A stretch of 45,250 bases of DNA, counting the filler, from Sphacelaria rigidula (lineage: Eukaryota): the NCBI GenBank assembly GCA_964200075.2. It is 2 parts of 2 records of this genome, joined end to end, with 100 filler letters (N's around TTAATTAATTAA, not from the genome) between each part and the next. Parts side by side here need not be neighbours in the genome. Positions count along the whole stretch, not along the records: positions 22,689 to 45,250 come from CAXNAA020000328.1; 1 more part is not named here. The stretch is one strand, 5' to 3'. The translations under genes and the position numbers were made by a program. Positions 23,927 to 34,985 of the stretch are shown here, one piece after another. Numbering within the stretch: the stretch's first letter is position 1; each line of letters begins with the position of its first letter. A model generated the notes under the pieces. That model was not told where the DNA came from, made no database searches, and saw only the letters and a program-made list of their open reading frames with translations.

Positions 23927-24340
23927 GTGAGCGAATGAGATGCGCACGGTATCATGCAAGCGGCGGGGTCTGGGCTTGGCCGAACCTCGTGAGCTTGCCT
24001 ATCTCGATTGTTGTGAGTGGAGGGGGGGCTGAGCATAGATGGCGAAGAGGCGAGCACTTTAACCTTCCTTTTCATATTGCCCCCGGAAAACGCGGAGCAG
24101 GTGTTCGTACGGCGCTTGCGTCTGCCGTAGATGTGCCTGTGTGAATCATTAGCGGTGGGGGGTTAGACTACGAGAGACTTTGCCGCGTCGGAATTGATTT
24201 CGAGGTGGCATATCACTGCCTGGACAACTCTTACGTTGACGTGATGACTAGGTCCAGTAAGTGGTGACCGGTTTTACAGCTGCTGAACTCCTTCTCCGTA
24301 GAAAACGTGTGTCTTGTTCTATCTATTTTATTGCACTGCG

Positions 24341-24412
24341 CCCCGGGGGTCTAACAAAGGTACAACTGACATCATGAGGGTGGGAAAACCGCGGGTTTGA
24401 GTCCCGCCAGAT
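24341..24412 (+). mobile_element. Degenerate tRNA-derived SINE head
   Basis: GGGGTCTAACAAAGGTA (A-box-like) ... GCGGGTTTGAGTCCCGC (T-arm/B-box-like stem-loop). Confidence 0.42.
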
Positions 24413-24924
24413 GCATCTTGTTTGACTTTTTTTCTTTCTGGAGAGTATCCGATTTCCGTCGTTGGAAACGTGAGGAAGTAAGTAGCAAAAAAGAAATTCC
24501 TGTTTCCCCAAGTTTGCGAGACGAGGAACGCAAGCTGGTGAGCCGCGGAGTGGTCGAGGAACCCTAAAGCGTCGTTCACACCTTCAGTTTCAACGAGCGC
24601 TAGGCAGACCCCCCATAGCTCGGGAGTGGCGCATGTTCATCGAATTGCGTGTGCGGTGGAAATCTTGCCGGTTACTTAACTTATCCGCATAGTCACAGTA
24701 CTTCCCCCTTGCTTGCGCCCAGATTTTGACATGTCGATTGATACGCAAAGCTGGTGCATGCCATCATTCGGTGAGGGGTGGTCGCGAGCGTTTTCCTGTG
24801 CGATCACGGTAGCCAACACCGGCTAACTTGTTGTCTCGACGGATGTGTAGCGAGTTGATTGTCGCCCTACCGCATGTGAAGATCTAATCACAGCTCTGCC
24901 CCGGCTGCCCCCCGCGATGAGCAG

Positions 24925-24987
24925 GTCCAGAGCTTGGAGAGCTCGGCGCTCTCGAGGAGCTGTATTTATCCCGGAACGACCTCGTCG
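24925..24987 (+). pseudogene. ROCO LRR exon with in-frame 9-bp deletion (63 bp)
   Basis: gagcag|GTCCAGAG...CTCGTCG|gtgcga; (G)PELGELGALEELYLSRNDLV(G); phase 1-1. Confidence 0.82.
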
Positions 24988-25959
24988 GTGCGAGTCTGCA
25001 GCCTTGTAGTGGCTGTACTCCCTCTGTCCCACATGTAACAGTACCTAACGGCGATACATTGTTCAGATATGCCAGTGGTGGCGACGATTTTGTGGTTGGG
25101 TTTGTTAGAAACGCAAAGCGCAGACGAAGCTGATGGAAGAAACAAACAAAAAAAATGTTTTAATCACTAAAACTGTGTCGAAATAAACCCCATTTTGACC
25201 CTTTTTGATCCATTTCCCCCCCACCATTGACCAATTTTGAACGTTTTCACGCCGAGCACTAGCAACTACATGCTAACATAATATTGGATGGGGCGTGTGT
25301 AGGTTAATATCACGGACATGTCCAAAATCAATGGTGGTTTCGCGATTTTCACAGTTTTTGGCCCATTTTTCGCGATTTTTCGTGTTCCCGGGTCTATCAT
25401 GCCTTCCTGGGAAAACAAGCGAAAAATGGCCGTTTCTGGACCGACCTACTTTTTCTTCGCCGCGCAGCTGCATGGTTCAAGCACGAGCTACAAATTTTCA
25501 AAACATTTTCCTTGAATAAAAACACCGTAGAGTTCATTAAAAAAAAAAAAACGATCGGGCATCGTTAAGGGTCCGTACAAATTTAGGTACCTTTACTTAT
25601 GGGATAGAGGAAGTATATGTTTTGAGGCGCTCCGTGGAGCCGACCAGCGAAGACTCCCTGAAACTGTCGACAGCACCCAGTACTTGAGTGGATGAAACTC
25701 GGGATGTCCCGAGCCTAAGCTACCCACAAAGCGCTTTACTCTGCCGACGTATGAGTCACGCGAAGAGGGTGTACACATTGCGTGCGTCATTATCAAACAG
25801 TTGTGGTCACGTCTCCTGAGATGTCACTGCTGGTGGTATTGAGATACGTAGCATTCCGTTTGACAGGAGTCAATGTTGGGATAGTTCCCAGATTCATATG
25901 CTGGATATTGGCGGGAAGCGGAAGTATCGGCGCAACGTCAAGTTTACAGGCTCTCTGGT

Positions 25960-26850
25960 GCAACGCTTGAGCAGTTTTGTAAACGATGCTTTGGAGTTCA
26001 GTCCCCACGCCAACGGTCGGTTTGTTCTGTTTGGTCGTGAGCAGGACCTTGGTTGAGCCTCATTGATGGCTATCTGTGGGCTTGTATGCATATCGAGAGG
26101 TGTGCGGTAAGTCTTTCCAGCGCCTCGACTGCTGCAGTACACAATCCAAACAGAATCCGTGGTACAGCAGCACCTTGGCCGTGGCTCTTGAGCGGACCGG
26201 CGTTCAAAGTCTGAACGATAACTAGGCTTTGCCTATAGCGCGTTCGGGTGCCGTGCTTTGTTTTTGTTGATGAGCGTACGGAAAGCCGTAACTTGGGCGC
26301 AAAATAAGTCCACCCCCAGATGCCATGTGGTACCCAACCGGCCAAGAATACTGCGGTTGATAATTGTACAGTCATTAGCACCACGTGACGCTCACCGTGT
26401 ACAGTGTATCCTACTACACGTTGATATGGACTGACCAAAAGGCATGCGTTGAAAGCCGTCATAATCCAAGGACGTGATCGCCGTTCTCTTTATGTCGTTC
26501 GATCATATGCTGGTTCTGCCGATGAGCGTAAACGTCCCTCGTCTGGATCTTCGTCTTTGAACACGTCTATTTTAGTCGATGCTGGCAAACAAGAAAAACA
26601 TCCACGCGGTGGTCCGCCGAATCTTGGGTTTGAGTCCATAGAGCAAACGATGGATTTTGACCAAATGAAGTTATTTCGTGTCCTTTTGAATGGTAAGTTC
26701 CCTGTCCTTCCTCCGAGCTCTTGGCGAATTACGAGGCATACCGTTACAGATGTACTGTTACAGATGCGTACGCAGTGAGCCATGAAGTTTGTTCATACAC
26801 GATAGGTTTCACGGAATTCTTGTCTACGAGGTGCACCACATGTGTTGTAA
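25960..26850 (-). mobile_element. Heavily decayed PIF1-type helicase remnant (possible Helitron)
   Basis: Colinear, frameshifted motif echoes: IVYE..MAH (26803-26775), IRQ, IW...NPR, VPH, HGTR (26255-26244), VPRILF (~26165-26148), PL(R)YAY, AINEAQ (26070-26053), SIVYK (~25991-25977). Confidence 0.45.
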
Positions 26851-27790
26851 ATCTTTTTTATGTCGCCTTTTTTGGGGGACAGTGCTTTGTGTGTTCGTCG
26901 AGATAAATGTAGGACTATGCGGCATTGCAACTGACGGTATCTAACCTACACGGTACAGCAACAGTGTGTGCGTCGAGACGTGTGGCATTTAAAAGCTATA
27001 AGTGGAATGCGCATACGATACCATTTGCCATGTAAGGTTGGTGTATTCCGTTGTTAGCTACAACACAGGCAATGGTCGGCTACAGTACTGACAGAAAGCA
27101 CCCTGCCGTAAAGTACTGTGCCGTAACAACCGTGTCATATCGTGGATGACGTAACAGCACCCCCATGCAAAATATACCGTTCCCCATTTTAACACAGTAT
27201 CGCGGACTGTACAGTTGATGAAGTATTGTAGACAAATCACGTAGAAATGGTAAAAAGGTGATTCAACAAATCGAGAGCCCTTCCAAAAATATTGATTCGA
27301 TTCACGTTTTTGCAAAAACAACATCGGTAAATGGTTACCGGTTACCGAAGAGCGGTTGCCTCAACCAAATTCGTGTGTTACTCCGATGAAAAAACACGTG
27401 CGAAACTACTTCGATAAACGTTTTCCGGCTCTTCTCATGAAGTTGAGCCTTCGGTTCAGGTAGGGTGTGCTATGTGGGTGTGCTACGAGGCAACGAGCTA
27501 ATGAGACTTATCTATCAACACCAAAAGCAGATGGTGTGAGAACTGATCAATAGCAGATGGCAAAGGGCGATAGGAAGAAGGGGTGGGGCTGTTGTGTATC
27601 GACCGTGTGTGCGCTGCGAAACCTGCCGAAATATGATGGGTGTGCTGCATTCCTTCTATTGCTTCTTGTACTGTACTGTATGCATAGTAGACATCGCCAA
27701 GTAGGCGATGTACTATTCTTTGGTAACTACATGTACCAAACGTAAAATATTTTGTGCGGTCCCCTTGGCGTGAACCCGCTGCGTGGTCAG

Positions 27791-27822
27791 GCCCCATTCC
27801 GCCGGAGCTGGCCCGTTTAGGC
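27791..27822 (+). pseudogene. Truncated LRR exon (5' half only)
   Basis: ggtcag|GCCCCATTCCGCCGGAGCTGGCCCGTTTAGGC = (G)PIPPELARLG, then it abuts an antisense LINE RT fragment. No donor site. Confidence 0.75.
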
Positions 27823-28113
27823 CGTTTTTGTCTTCTTTTCCGAGACCGTCAGTCCGAAGGCCCCAAACACTTGCACTCTAGCACTCATCATTCTCGCCAG
27901 GCCGTTAGGTGACCTCGACACAACGGCCGCGTCATCGGCGTAAAGCATTCCCCATACCGCCCGTCGTGCGCGTTCTACAGGTGTCTCCGTCTCCCTCAGC
28001 GTCTCCTCGTCGAGGTGTACCATGTCCTCGAGGATTATGTCGTCCTCCCTGAATCGCACGAAAACTACCTCGAGCGTCGCAGCGAAAAATATATTGAACA
28101 ACAGCGGGGACAG
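27823..28113 (-). mobile_element. LINE reverse-transcriptase fragment (RTE-like)
   Basis: LSPLLFNIFF...WGMLYADDAAVVSRS...FGLTVSEKKT: the YADD catalytic motif and flanking non-LTR RT motifs. Confidence 0.92.
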
Positions 28114-28390
28114 CTAGAGGATACGATTGAGAGTGAAAATCGGTCAATAAGTGAATGAATCGTTTCAGTTCTGAAATGCCCCTGCACAAGCCCCGATATG
28201 CTTTCTAAAGTAGCCTGCCACTGAAGCCCTTGATGTCCCTGAGTAGGATATCGACGTGTAGCTGTAAGCACACGCTAGTGATGGAGGCAAAGAAGAGCAC
28301 ACACAGAACGGAAAATTGGCTAAGTTAAAGCGAATGATCGAAGCCACCCTCAATCAGCGCCCCACTCTCAATCTCACGAAAACGTTTGTA
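28114..28390. mobile_element. MITE-like element (left end eroded); related copy at ~22520-22588
   Basis: GATACGATTGAG(A/G)GTGAAAA...CGGTCAAT-AGTGAATG is shared by 28120 and 22551. CACCCTCAATC...ACTCTCAATCTCACGAAAAC (28345-28383) is the reverse complement of 22527-22566. Confidence 0.62.
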
Positions 28391-28759
28391 AGAGGCATTA
28401 AACGGGTATTTTATCGGGATATAGCCTTCCGGACCATATCGGAGTGTTGAGAACAGGGCTCGACACTCCGTCGAACCATATACCGGGGTGTCGGATACAC
28501 ATTTCGGTATCGTTTAGTATTGTAGCCGGGGGTCACCACAGGAAGGAGGTCAACACACGAGTTTTTTCTTTCTTCTCTTGTTTTATAACAGTACTCTCAT
28601 CTGCATTCTGCGGTGCTTATCTTATTTTTCATCGCGAGACGGGCTCAGCAATCCCTTTCCCTCGTCACCCGTGATTTTGAAATTTGTGTACCCGCGATAT
28701 ATAACAGCCGCTCTCCATTGTTGAGCATGGTGTGGAGAAAAATCCCACATCGTGTGACA

Positions 28760-28826
28760 GCACCGAGAGTCGAACCCACGACCTCACCGTAGGGAGGAAC
28801 CGAAGGTACCATCTAAGCCACCGGGC
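28760..28826 (-). mobile_element. tRNA-derived SINE head (pol III A and B boxes)
   Basis: Minus strand: CCGGTGGCTTAGATGGTAC (A box) ... GAGGTCGTGGGTTCGACTCTCGG (B box). No convincing anticodon arm. Confidence 0.6.
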
Positions 28827-31376
28827 TGACTGGTGACCCAAAATTCGCCACTTCTGACTATACCCTACAGAACACAACGTACAGTACATGAAAGTATGCA
28901 GAACGAAAGATCGGGAAATTTGCTCTAAACTCTCGAAAGAACTGCCAGCGTTTGTGCCGCTTGTTCTGCAAACGCAGGTCTTCTACGAAAATGTGGAATG
29001 TGCGGCTAGACTGCTGTTGAAGGTACTGTAGTTGTTTCACTCACGAGCCGTATCCAATTATGGTGACATATAATGCGCATCAGTTTTCTGTTCAGTCTTT
29101 ACTTTTGAAGGTGGGATACTTGACAGCGTTTCTGATTCATATCCCTCAGTTACTGCAACCCCCTTCCCCCCTCTCTCGCTCCCCTGTGGTCTTTGTTGAG
29201 TAAGCCCCCCCCCCCCCCCCCCCCCCCGCCTTCTTTGTTTTCTTCTTGTTTTTTCTTGTTGTTATGTGGAGGTCGTGAGACTCCCGGTGACGGTAGGAAC
29301 CATCGAAGGTGGCTGATGATTTTCCTCGTGTTATGTAATCAAGGATTGACCGTAAGTCGTGGGGTGCAGGCAAGTAGATCACTCGGGAAAGCTCGAAGTA
29401 GTTGATCCCCAGGGATAGCCAGCAGTTCGCCGAGAATATCCCTGTTGCCTTGGGGTCCCAGATCCGACTGTACAGATATGGGAGTTTCGGGGCTCCCGGG
29501 AACTACCCCTGTAACAGCCGTTCACTAGGTTTCACGTCATGAAAGGAACTCTCTCCGCACATGCCAAAATGGCGATCTCTACACTTATTATTTTCTCTTC
29601 ACTTTTCCATATATTTTCAATGCTTTCTACATATCGTCACTGTGTGCTCTTTTTTTTTTTCTTCCTGTTCTTCCTTTCATTTCTCTCCTTTCATTATTAT
29701 TATATCATGATCTCATTATTTATTATTATAGTAGCATCTCCGCACATTAGCCCGATCTCTCAAACCCGTTATTACAGAAAACGCTTAGGCATTGGCAGAA
29801 AACCACCACGAAAGCAGTATGAAGGCCTTTGGAAGCAGCCGCATCGGGTTGACTGCAGGAATCAGGAACAGTACATGGACAGTTGGTGTGAAGTGATTTC
29901 CTTCTAGACCGCCGATATAAGGTGCGACACAGTCTCGAGGTAGCTCCGAAAATCAGCCGCCCCAAGGGGTTTTTCAATTTCCACATCACTCCGATCTTTC
30001 AGACTCGAGGTCAACTCGCACCCATATATCGAAAACAATGTACAGACACCCTTGCTGTGAACCCAGGAACATACTTTTAGCGTTCGAATCAACTTCATTT
30101 TGGCAAGTTTGACCGTCTATTATAGCAGCCAAACTTCGGTTCATCAAAAAACCATTTGGGTACGGTGCAGTCACGGAGAGATATCCACCCCTTGCCGAAA
30201 CGACAAGCATTGCCGCCCCTTGCCTTGGACACTATGCGTCGTCCTGTCGAGGTAGGTAGTCTAGCCGCGTTTCCGATTCGCGAGGATGGTAGGGTTTGCA
30301 AAGGACGAGCTGCCGAATATCGTTGTCCCCTTGTCCTAAAACAGAAAATCGACCAGACAATTCTCGTGGGAGTTTTTTGTTTCCACCTTCCCCTTGTCCA
30401 AAAACTGAAAATAAACCGAACAGTTGTGCGGGCATCCACGTATAATTGTTTTTCATCATGACGTCGCGGTCAAGGTTATCTCAACCGTTCGAGCAGCCCC
30501 AAATTGGCCCCTACATACAACGTTCATGAGTCCACATGATGGCGTGCAAAACGAGGCAAATATTTGTGTGAATAGTCCTGTAGACGCCAACCATCTTCAT
30601 CAATTCGTAGGTTTCTTGCTCGCAGTCATGTGCGAAACGTAGGAGCCTTGCCAGTCGAAACAATGGTGAACGATGATGGTGGTAACTGATATTCGACTCC
30701 GAATTTCATCCGATAGATGACCATTTTCTTCATAGCTTTCCGTGCTGTATTCAATTTTTCTCGTTCAGGCGTTCGGCTTCTGTTTTGTTTTTGTGGTGTC
30801 CTTGAGTCATCGCTTGTTGCCTGGATCTCAAAAAGTGGGCGAGGAAACGGCAGATTCCTGATATTGATACCGATATCTGCACCCGACGTAGAGTCAGATA
30901 CGATGTTCATTCGTGACCTGTCAGCCCTAGCACAACGGGGTTGCCCTTTGTGAGAAATATCCTGGAAAGAGAGCTGATGGTCGGATTCTAGTATTGCTAT
31001 CGTACAAATCCTGTGTTGGGGATGCTCTAGGCTTTCATCCTTCGGATTATACTCGAAAAAATATTGCTCCATCCCCTAACTTACCCGCCTCGAAGCTCAA
31101 TGTCGGCTCATACCAACCTCTCGAGAACGTGAAGAAGCAGTGGCAATGCTTTGCGTAGCGTGCGTTTGTTTGCCCCAGGTGTCACAACAATTAGAGTTCT
31201 CATCATGTGTACCATTATTCACTATTAATAGTGGCCAGCCTTTGAACGGATTCGGGCTTCTCTGTCAGATGTGCTCTATGTGTGGATGTTTGCATGAATG
31301 TACGAGAGTATACCGCGTGTGATGTATGCGACACAGCCAAGCGACTCCGTGCTTTGCTGCCCCGGTGGACATGCAG

Positions 31377-31448
31377 GTTCGATACCGCAGCAGCTGGGGA
31401 AGCTCGGTGCTCTCGAGGAGCTCTCTCTGTCTCACAACAAGCTCACAG
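31377..31448 (+). pseudogene. ROCO LRR exon (72 bp)
   Basis: atgcag|GTTCG...CTCACAG|gtgagt; (G)SIPQQLGKLGALEELSLSHNKLT(G). Confidence 0.93.
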
Positions 31449-31611
31449 GTGAGTTTTAGTTCGAGTGCGACTTGAAGTGGTGATGATTCGCCCACTTTCC
31501 CCGCGTATCAAAAATACTCGGTGTTGTGTTAGGGTTGGGGCGACGAACACTAGAGATTGGCACTGGCGTTTCTGATAGGGACCGGGTCATTTTGTGAAAT
31601 AGTAGAGTCTA

Positions 31612-31988
31612 CCCCAGTTCGTAGCCCCAGACCCATGGTTGAAACATACTTGGCTCTAGCGTGAAGAGCGATATTTGGGTCTTTAGTGGGGCTGAAAGTC
31701 CAGAGTACTCCTACAGTAGCGTGCGCAGAACGCGGTTTTCCCCATATCGACGCAACAGACCGCGATTGAAGGTCTACCAAACGCACCCTTTTCACCCTTT
31801 GCACCATTTGCACCCTCCTCGCCTTTTGCGCCCCCCTTGCCCGACGGTTCTCGGCTTGCCTTTGTTGCGGGTAGGGTGGGGGTTAGTGTTAACGTTAGCG
31901 TTAGCGCTAGCGTTAGAGTTAGCGTTAGCGTTAACACTGCGTATTAAAAAAATGTGTCAACCATGGGTTTTAGGGCTACGTTCTGGGG
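31612..31988. mobile_element. MITE-like inverted-repeat element with internal telomere-like tract
   Basis: CCCCAGTTCGTAGCCCCAGACCCATGGTTGAAACAT vs ATGTGTCAACCATGGGTTTTAGGGCTACGTTCTGGGG; (GTTAG[C/T/A])n at ~31869-31934. TSD not resolved. Confidence 0.72.
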
Positions 31989-32496
31989 CAAATCCTTCTG
32001 TCGTGATGAAACCGTACTGCGCAAAACAAACATATTTCTCGTCAGGAAACAGTATTATTTCCTGTGAGAGTAGGGTACACCACGTGCCTGACCTGTGTCG
32101 TTAGGGACACCACGGTGGACTCCGTGACACTCCGCACTGCATGCAGGACAACGCAAGTATTCAGCGTGCGTACAGATGCCTTTTGTTGAAAAGGTACAGG
32201 GCGTGGGTGGTTTGTCCCGTGGGGAGAATTGCTCATTGGCTGCTTCGACGAAATCGCTAGACCAGAGAATAGGCAGAGACGCAAACAATTGTTTCGGAGA
32301 AGCTTTACTGCATGCACGTGTGAGTGATGCTACGGCAGGGGTGCACAAATATTTTCTGAGGTTGATAATTGTTAAGAACCCTTTATCTCGTCCAAAACAC
32401 AACTTATGAAATATGTGAGTACCCCAGGATTACTGTTCCAATGTGCTGGGGATACCCCGAATGAGTTTGCAAACAGGGATGCCCTGGCCCACAGTG

Positions 32497-32703
32497 TAAT
32501 GCGTGAGAGGACCGCGTGCAGAGAGGACCGCGCCGTAGTTCAAACCACCTCAGGATCGACGTTTTTCAAAACAAATCGGGTCAGTCCCTGGAGGTACCAC
32601 ACCCCTGACCATAACCGTAACTCTAACCCTGACGCTAACCCTAACGATAGGGATGTTTAAATTCCGATGCGATCCTCTAAGCACGTGGCCCTCTCACGCA
32701 TTA
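32497..32703. mobile_element. MITE with 9-bp TSD (Mutator-like), internal telomere-like tract
   Basis: TIR TAATGCGTGAGAGGACCGCGTGC / GCACGTGGCCCTCTCACGCATTA; flanks CCCACAGTG / CACACAGTG (8/9); degenerate (CCCTAA)n at ~32603-32645. Confidence 0.78.
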
Positions 32704-33027
32704 CACACAGTGTCGTGCATCTAGAATCGTCAGGAGCCCCTGAACCAGGCAAGATTTTGCGCAAAAAGTGCTTGCTCGTGCCACGAAGAAAAAAATCAGC
32801 GGCCAGCTGCTTGTCTGCGCTTGAGCCGACGTGGAACCATGTGTGCCAGATCAGCTCTTGTATGCCAAACCTACCGGCACTTGCTCGAGATATACCTACC
32901 TTTCTATCACTGAATACTAGCGAAGCTTCGGTGATGGCAAGTCCCATTCCCGCGCGCAAGTCTGATGTGTCGTGAATTTTGAACAAACCACCGTACTTTT
33001 CTCTGTCGTGATACTTCCAACGAACAG

Positions 33028-33099
33028 GCTCTATCTCGCGCGTGCTTGGCAAGCTCACAGCCCTCGAACGTTTGTGGCTTTACGATAATCGGTTATCTG
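33028..33099 (+). pseudogene. ROCO LRR exon (72 bp)
   Basis: gaacag|GCTCT...TTATCTG|gtgggt; (G)SISRVLGKLTALERLWLYDNRLS(G). The usual IPxEL motif has drifted to ISRVL. Confidence 0.9.
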
Positions 33100-34913
33100 G
33101 TGGGTCATGGCGTGTGTTTCTGTGTCACACCACCCACCTACTGCTTGTACGGTCAGGGCAAAAAATGCCGTGGGAATCAAACAAGGTACGCATCGCTGGA
33201 CATGATTTGGTCTAACTGACTGTACTCTTGTCCTCCTTGTGTGCGTTGGCAAAAACACCAGCCAGGGCTGCGGTTGATGGAGGTATCCGGTGGGGGCCGT
33301 GCTCCCTGTTCTGAAAAATATATGTTTTTATATGGAGAAGATAAAGTCGTGATAGTTCTCTCAATGACCTCTGTGTGTACGTCAGCCGTACCCTATGTTG
33401 GGTGTTTTGCGTCATTGCGCAGTCAGTGCAGGTGTGTTGTCAGGCTCGAGCGCTGCAAACTACAATCTGAGTCAGCAAGGCATCGGGATTTACTATTGGG
33501 TTTACTATACTACCGTGCTTCTATCTGGAGGCGCCAGGGTGGAGACAAGCTCATTTCCGCAGTCACATCGTCCGTCACTCCGGCTGAACCACTGTGGCTC
33601 CTCTGATGAACATCTGGGTCGTCTCATGAGAAACACGAGCACTGCCGCTTGTCGAACATCTCTGCTTAAGAACGACCTGCACGGTGACTGCCACGTATAC
33701 GATGTTGATGCGACGCGAGCTGCTGATCTTCGTGAGGACGCCATAAATCCGAGCGAGCACTCTGCCTACCCTCGGCATGGTGTGCCGATCAAAGGCAGTT
33801 ACGGTACTAGAGCCGCATGACGTTGCCTCGAAATGCCGTTTTGTAAGATGGCACCATGAACCGTACTGCTGTGACACCTGGTGTGTTTTGATCCGGGAAG
33901 CGTTGCCAGGTCTACCCGTTGTACACCAGCGTACGTGTCGATATCGCCCGTGAAAGGGGGGTAAATTGTCATTCGTATCTGAAAATAACTCATCACCTCC
34001 TCCAATGGGCGACACTACTGTAGCGAAATAGACTGAATTAATATGTGTCGACAATGTCCAGGGGTTCGAACCCCGCTCCGATCCCTGTGATCGAAAAACA
34101 AAATCTAAAGAAAAAGGCGGTGGAAGATGAGACGGCGAAGAAACGTAGCGAAAACGGTGACGGGCGTGCAAGCAGACTCTATGAACTCGCGATCAAATCT
34201 TGAGTAGATTGTGGGGTTGGTCGCCTTCCACGTGCAAGAGATACGCAGAAAACCTTGCAACATCTCATCGCTAGCTTGCAGATTTGTTTTCTTCGTATAT
34301 TTCTTGTCGCCACAAAAACGAACGAAGGGGCTTATGAAGGGGGGAGGGGGCCGGCGGCCGACATGGATGCTACCTTACACCAGGGTGTAAATTGTCGTGG
34401 GTGTCTGAGACACTTCAGTACCTTCCAGCACCTGTAGCGGTTGCCAATGTGTGGTGGATCACCGACGATCACGACCGCGCTGATGTTCGGGCGCTGTGCC
34501 TGATCTTGGTACACGAGTTGGCGTGCGTATCTCTTTTTGTGTGCGTGCGTGAGGCATATTTGTTTCCTTTCGGATATTCTGAACGTGCCGTCAAAGTTCT
34601 ACGCTCAAACCCACCCACGACGGTTTCGTTCAAGTGCAGGTGTCTTCAGGGTTCCATATTTGTGTAGTTTCGAGTCTTGCACGGATTGTGCCATGCCCTC
34701 ATTACGTGTCTCACTCTTGCATTGCAATCTATTTTGGAGACAAACCCCGACGAATCGCCTCCAAAATATATAGCTTGGTTATTTAGAGGGCGATCATTGA
34801 CCACGAGGTGCAAGAAGCACCGCCACTTCAGATCGCCTGTTGGTTGGCGATGCGGGAAGCTTGCCCCGTGGAAGAACTCATCCCCTTTCATTTTTCCCGT
34901 CTGCACGCAACAG

Positions 34914-34985
34914 GCACTGTTCCCGAAGAGCTGGCACGGCTCACCGCTTTGAAATGGCTGCGCCTGGATTCAAACCAGCTGACGG
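34914..34985 (+). pseudogene. ROCO LRR exon (72 bp)
   Basis: caacag|GCACT...CTGACGG|gtaagc; (G)TVPEELARLTALKWLRLDSNQLT(G). Confidence 0.93.

Noticed and set aside
28760-28826. Functional tRNA gene
   Set aside because: A and B boxes are present, but the acceptor and anticodon stems do not pair properly. It is better explained as a SINE head.
31869-31934. True telomere or chromosome end
   Set aside because: The tract is short, degenerate, interstitial and enclosed by TIRs.
34383-34430. LRR remnant (G-L-TLQYL-like)
   Set aside because: It needs indels and lacks the IP/EL and N-x-L landmarks, so chance is likely.
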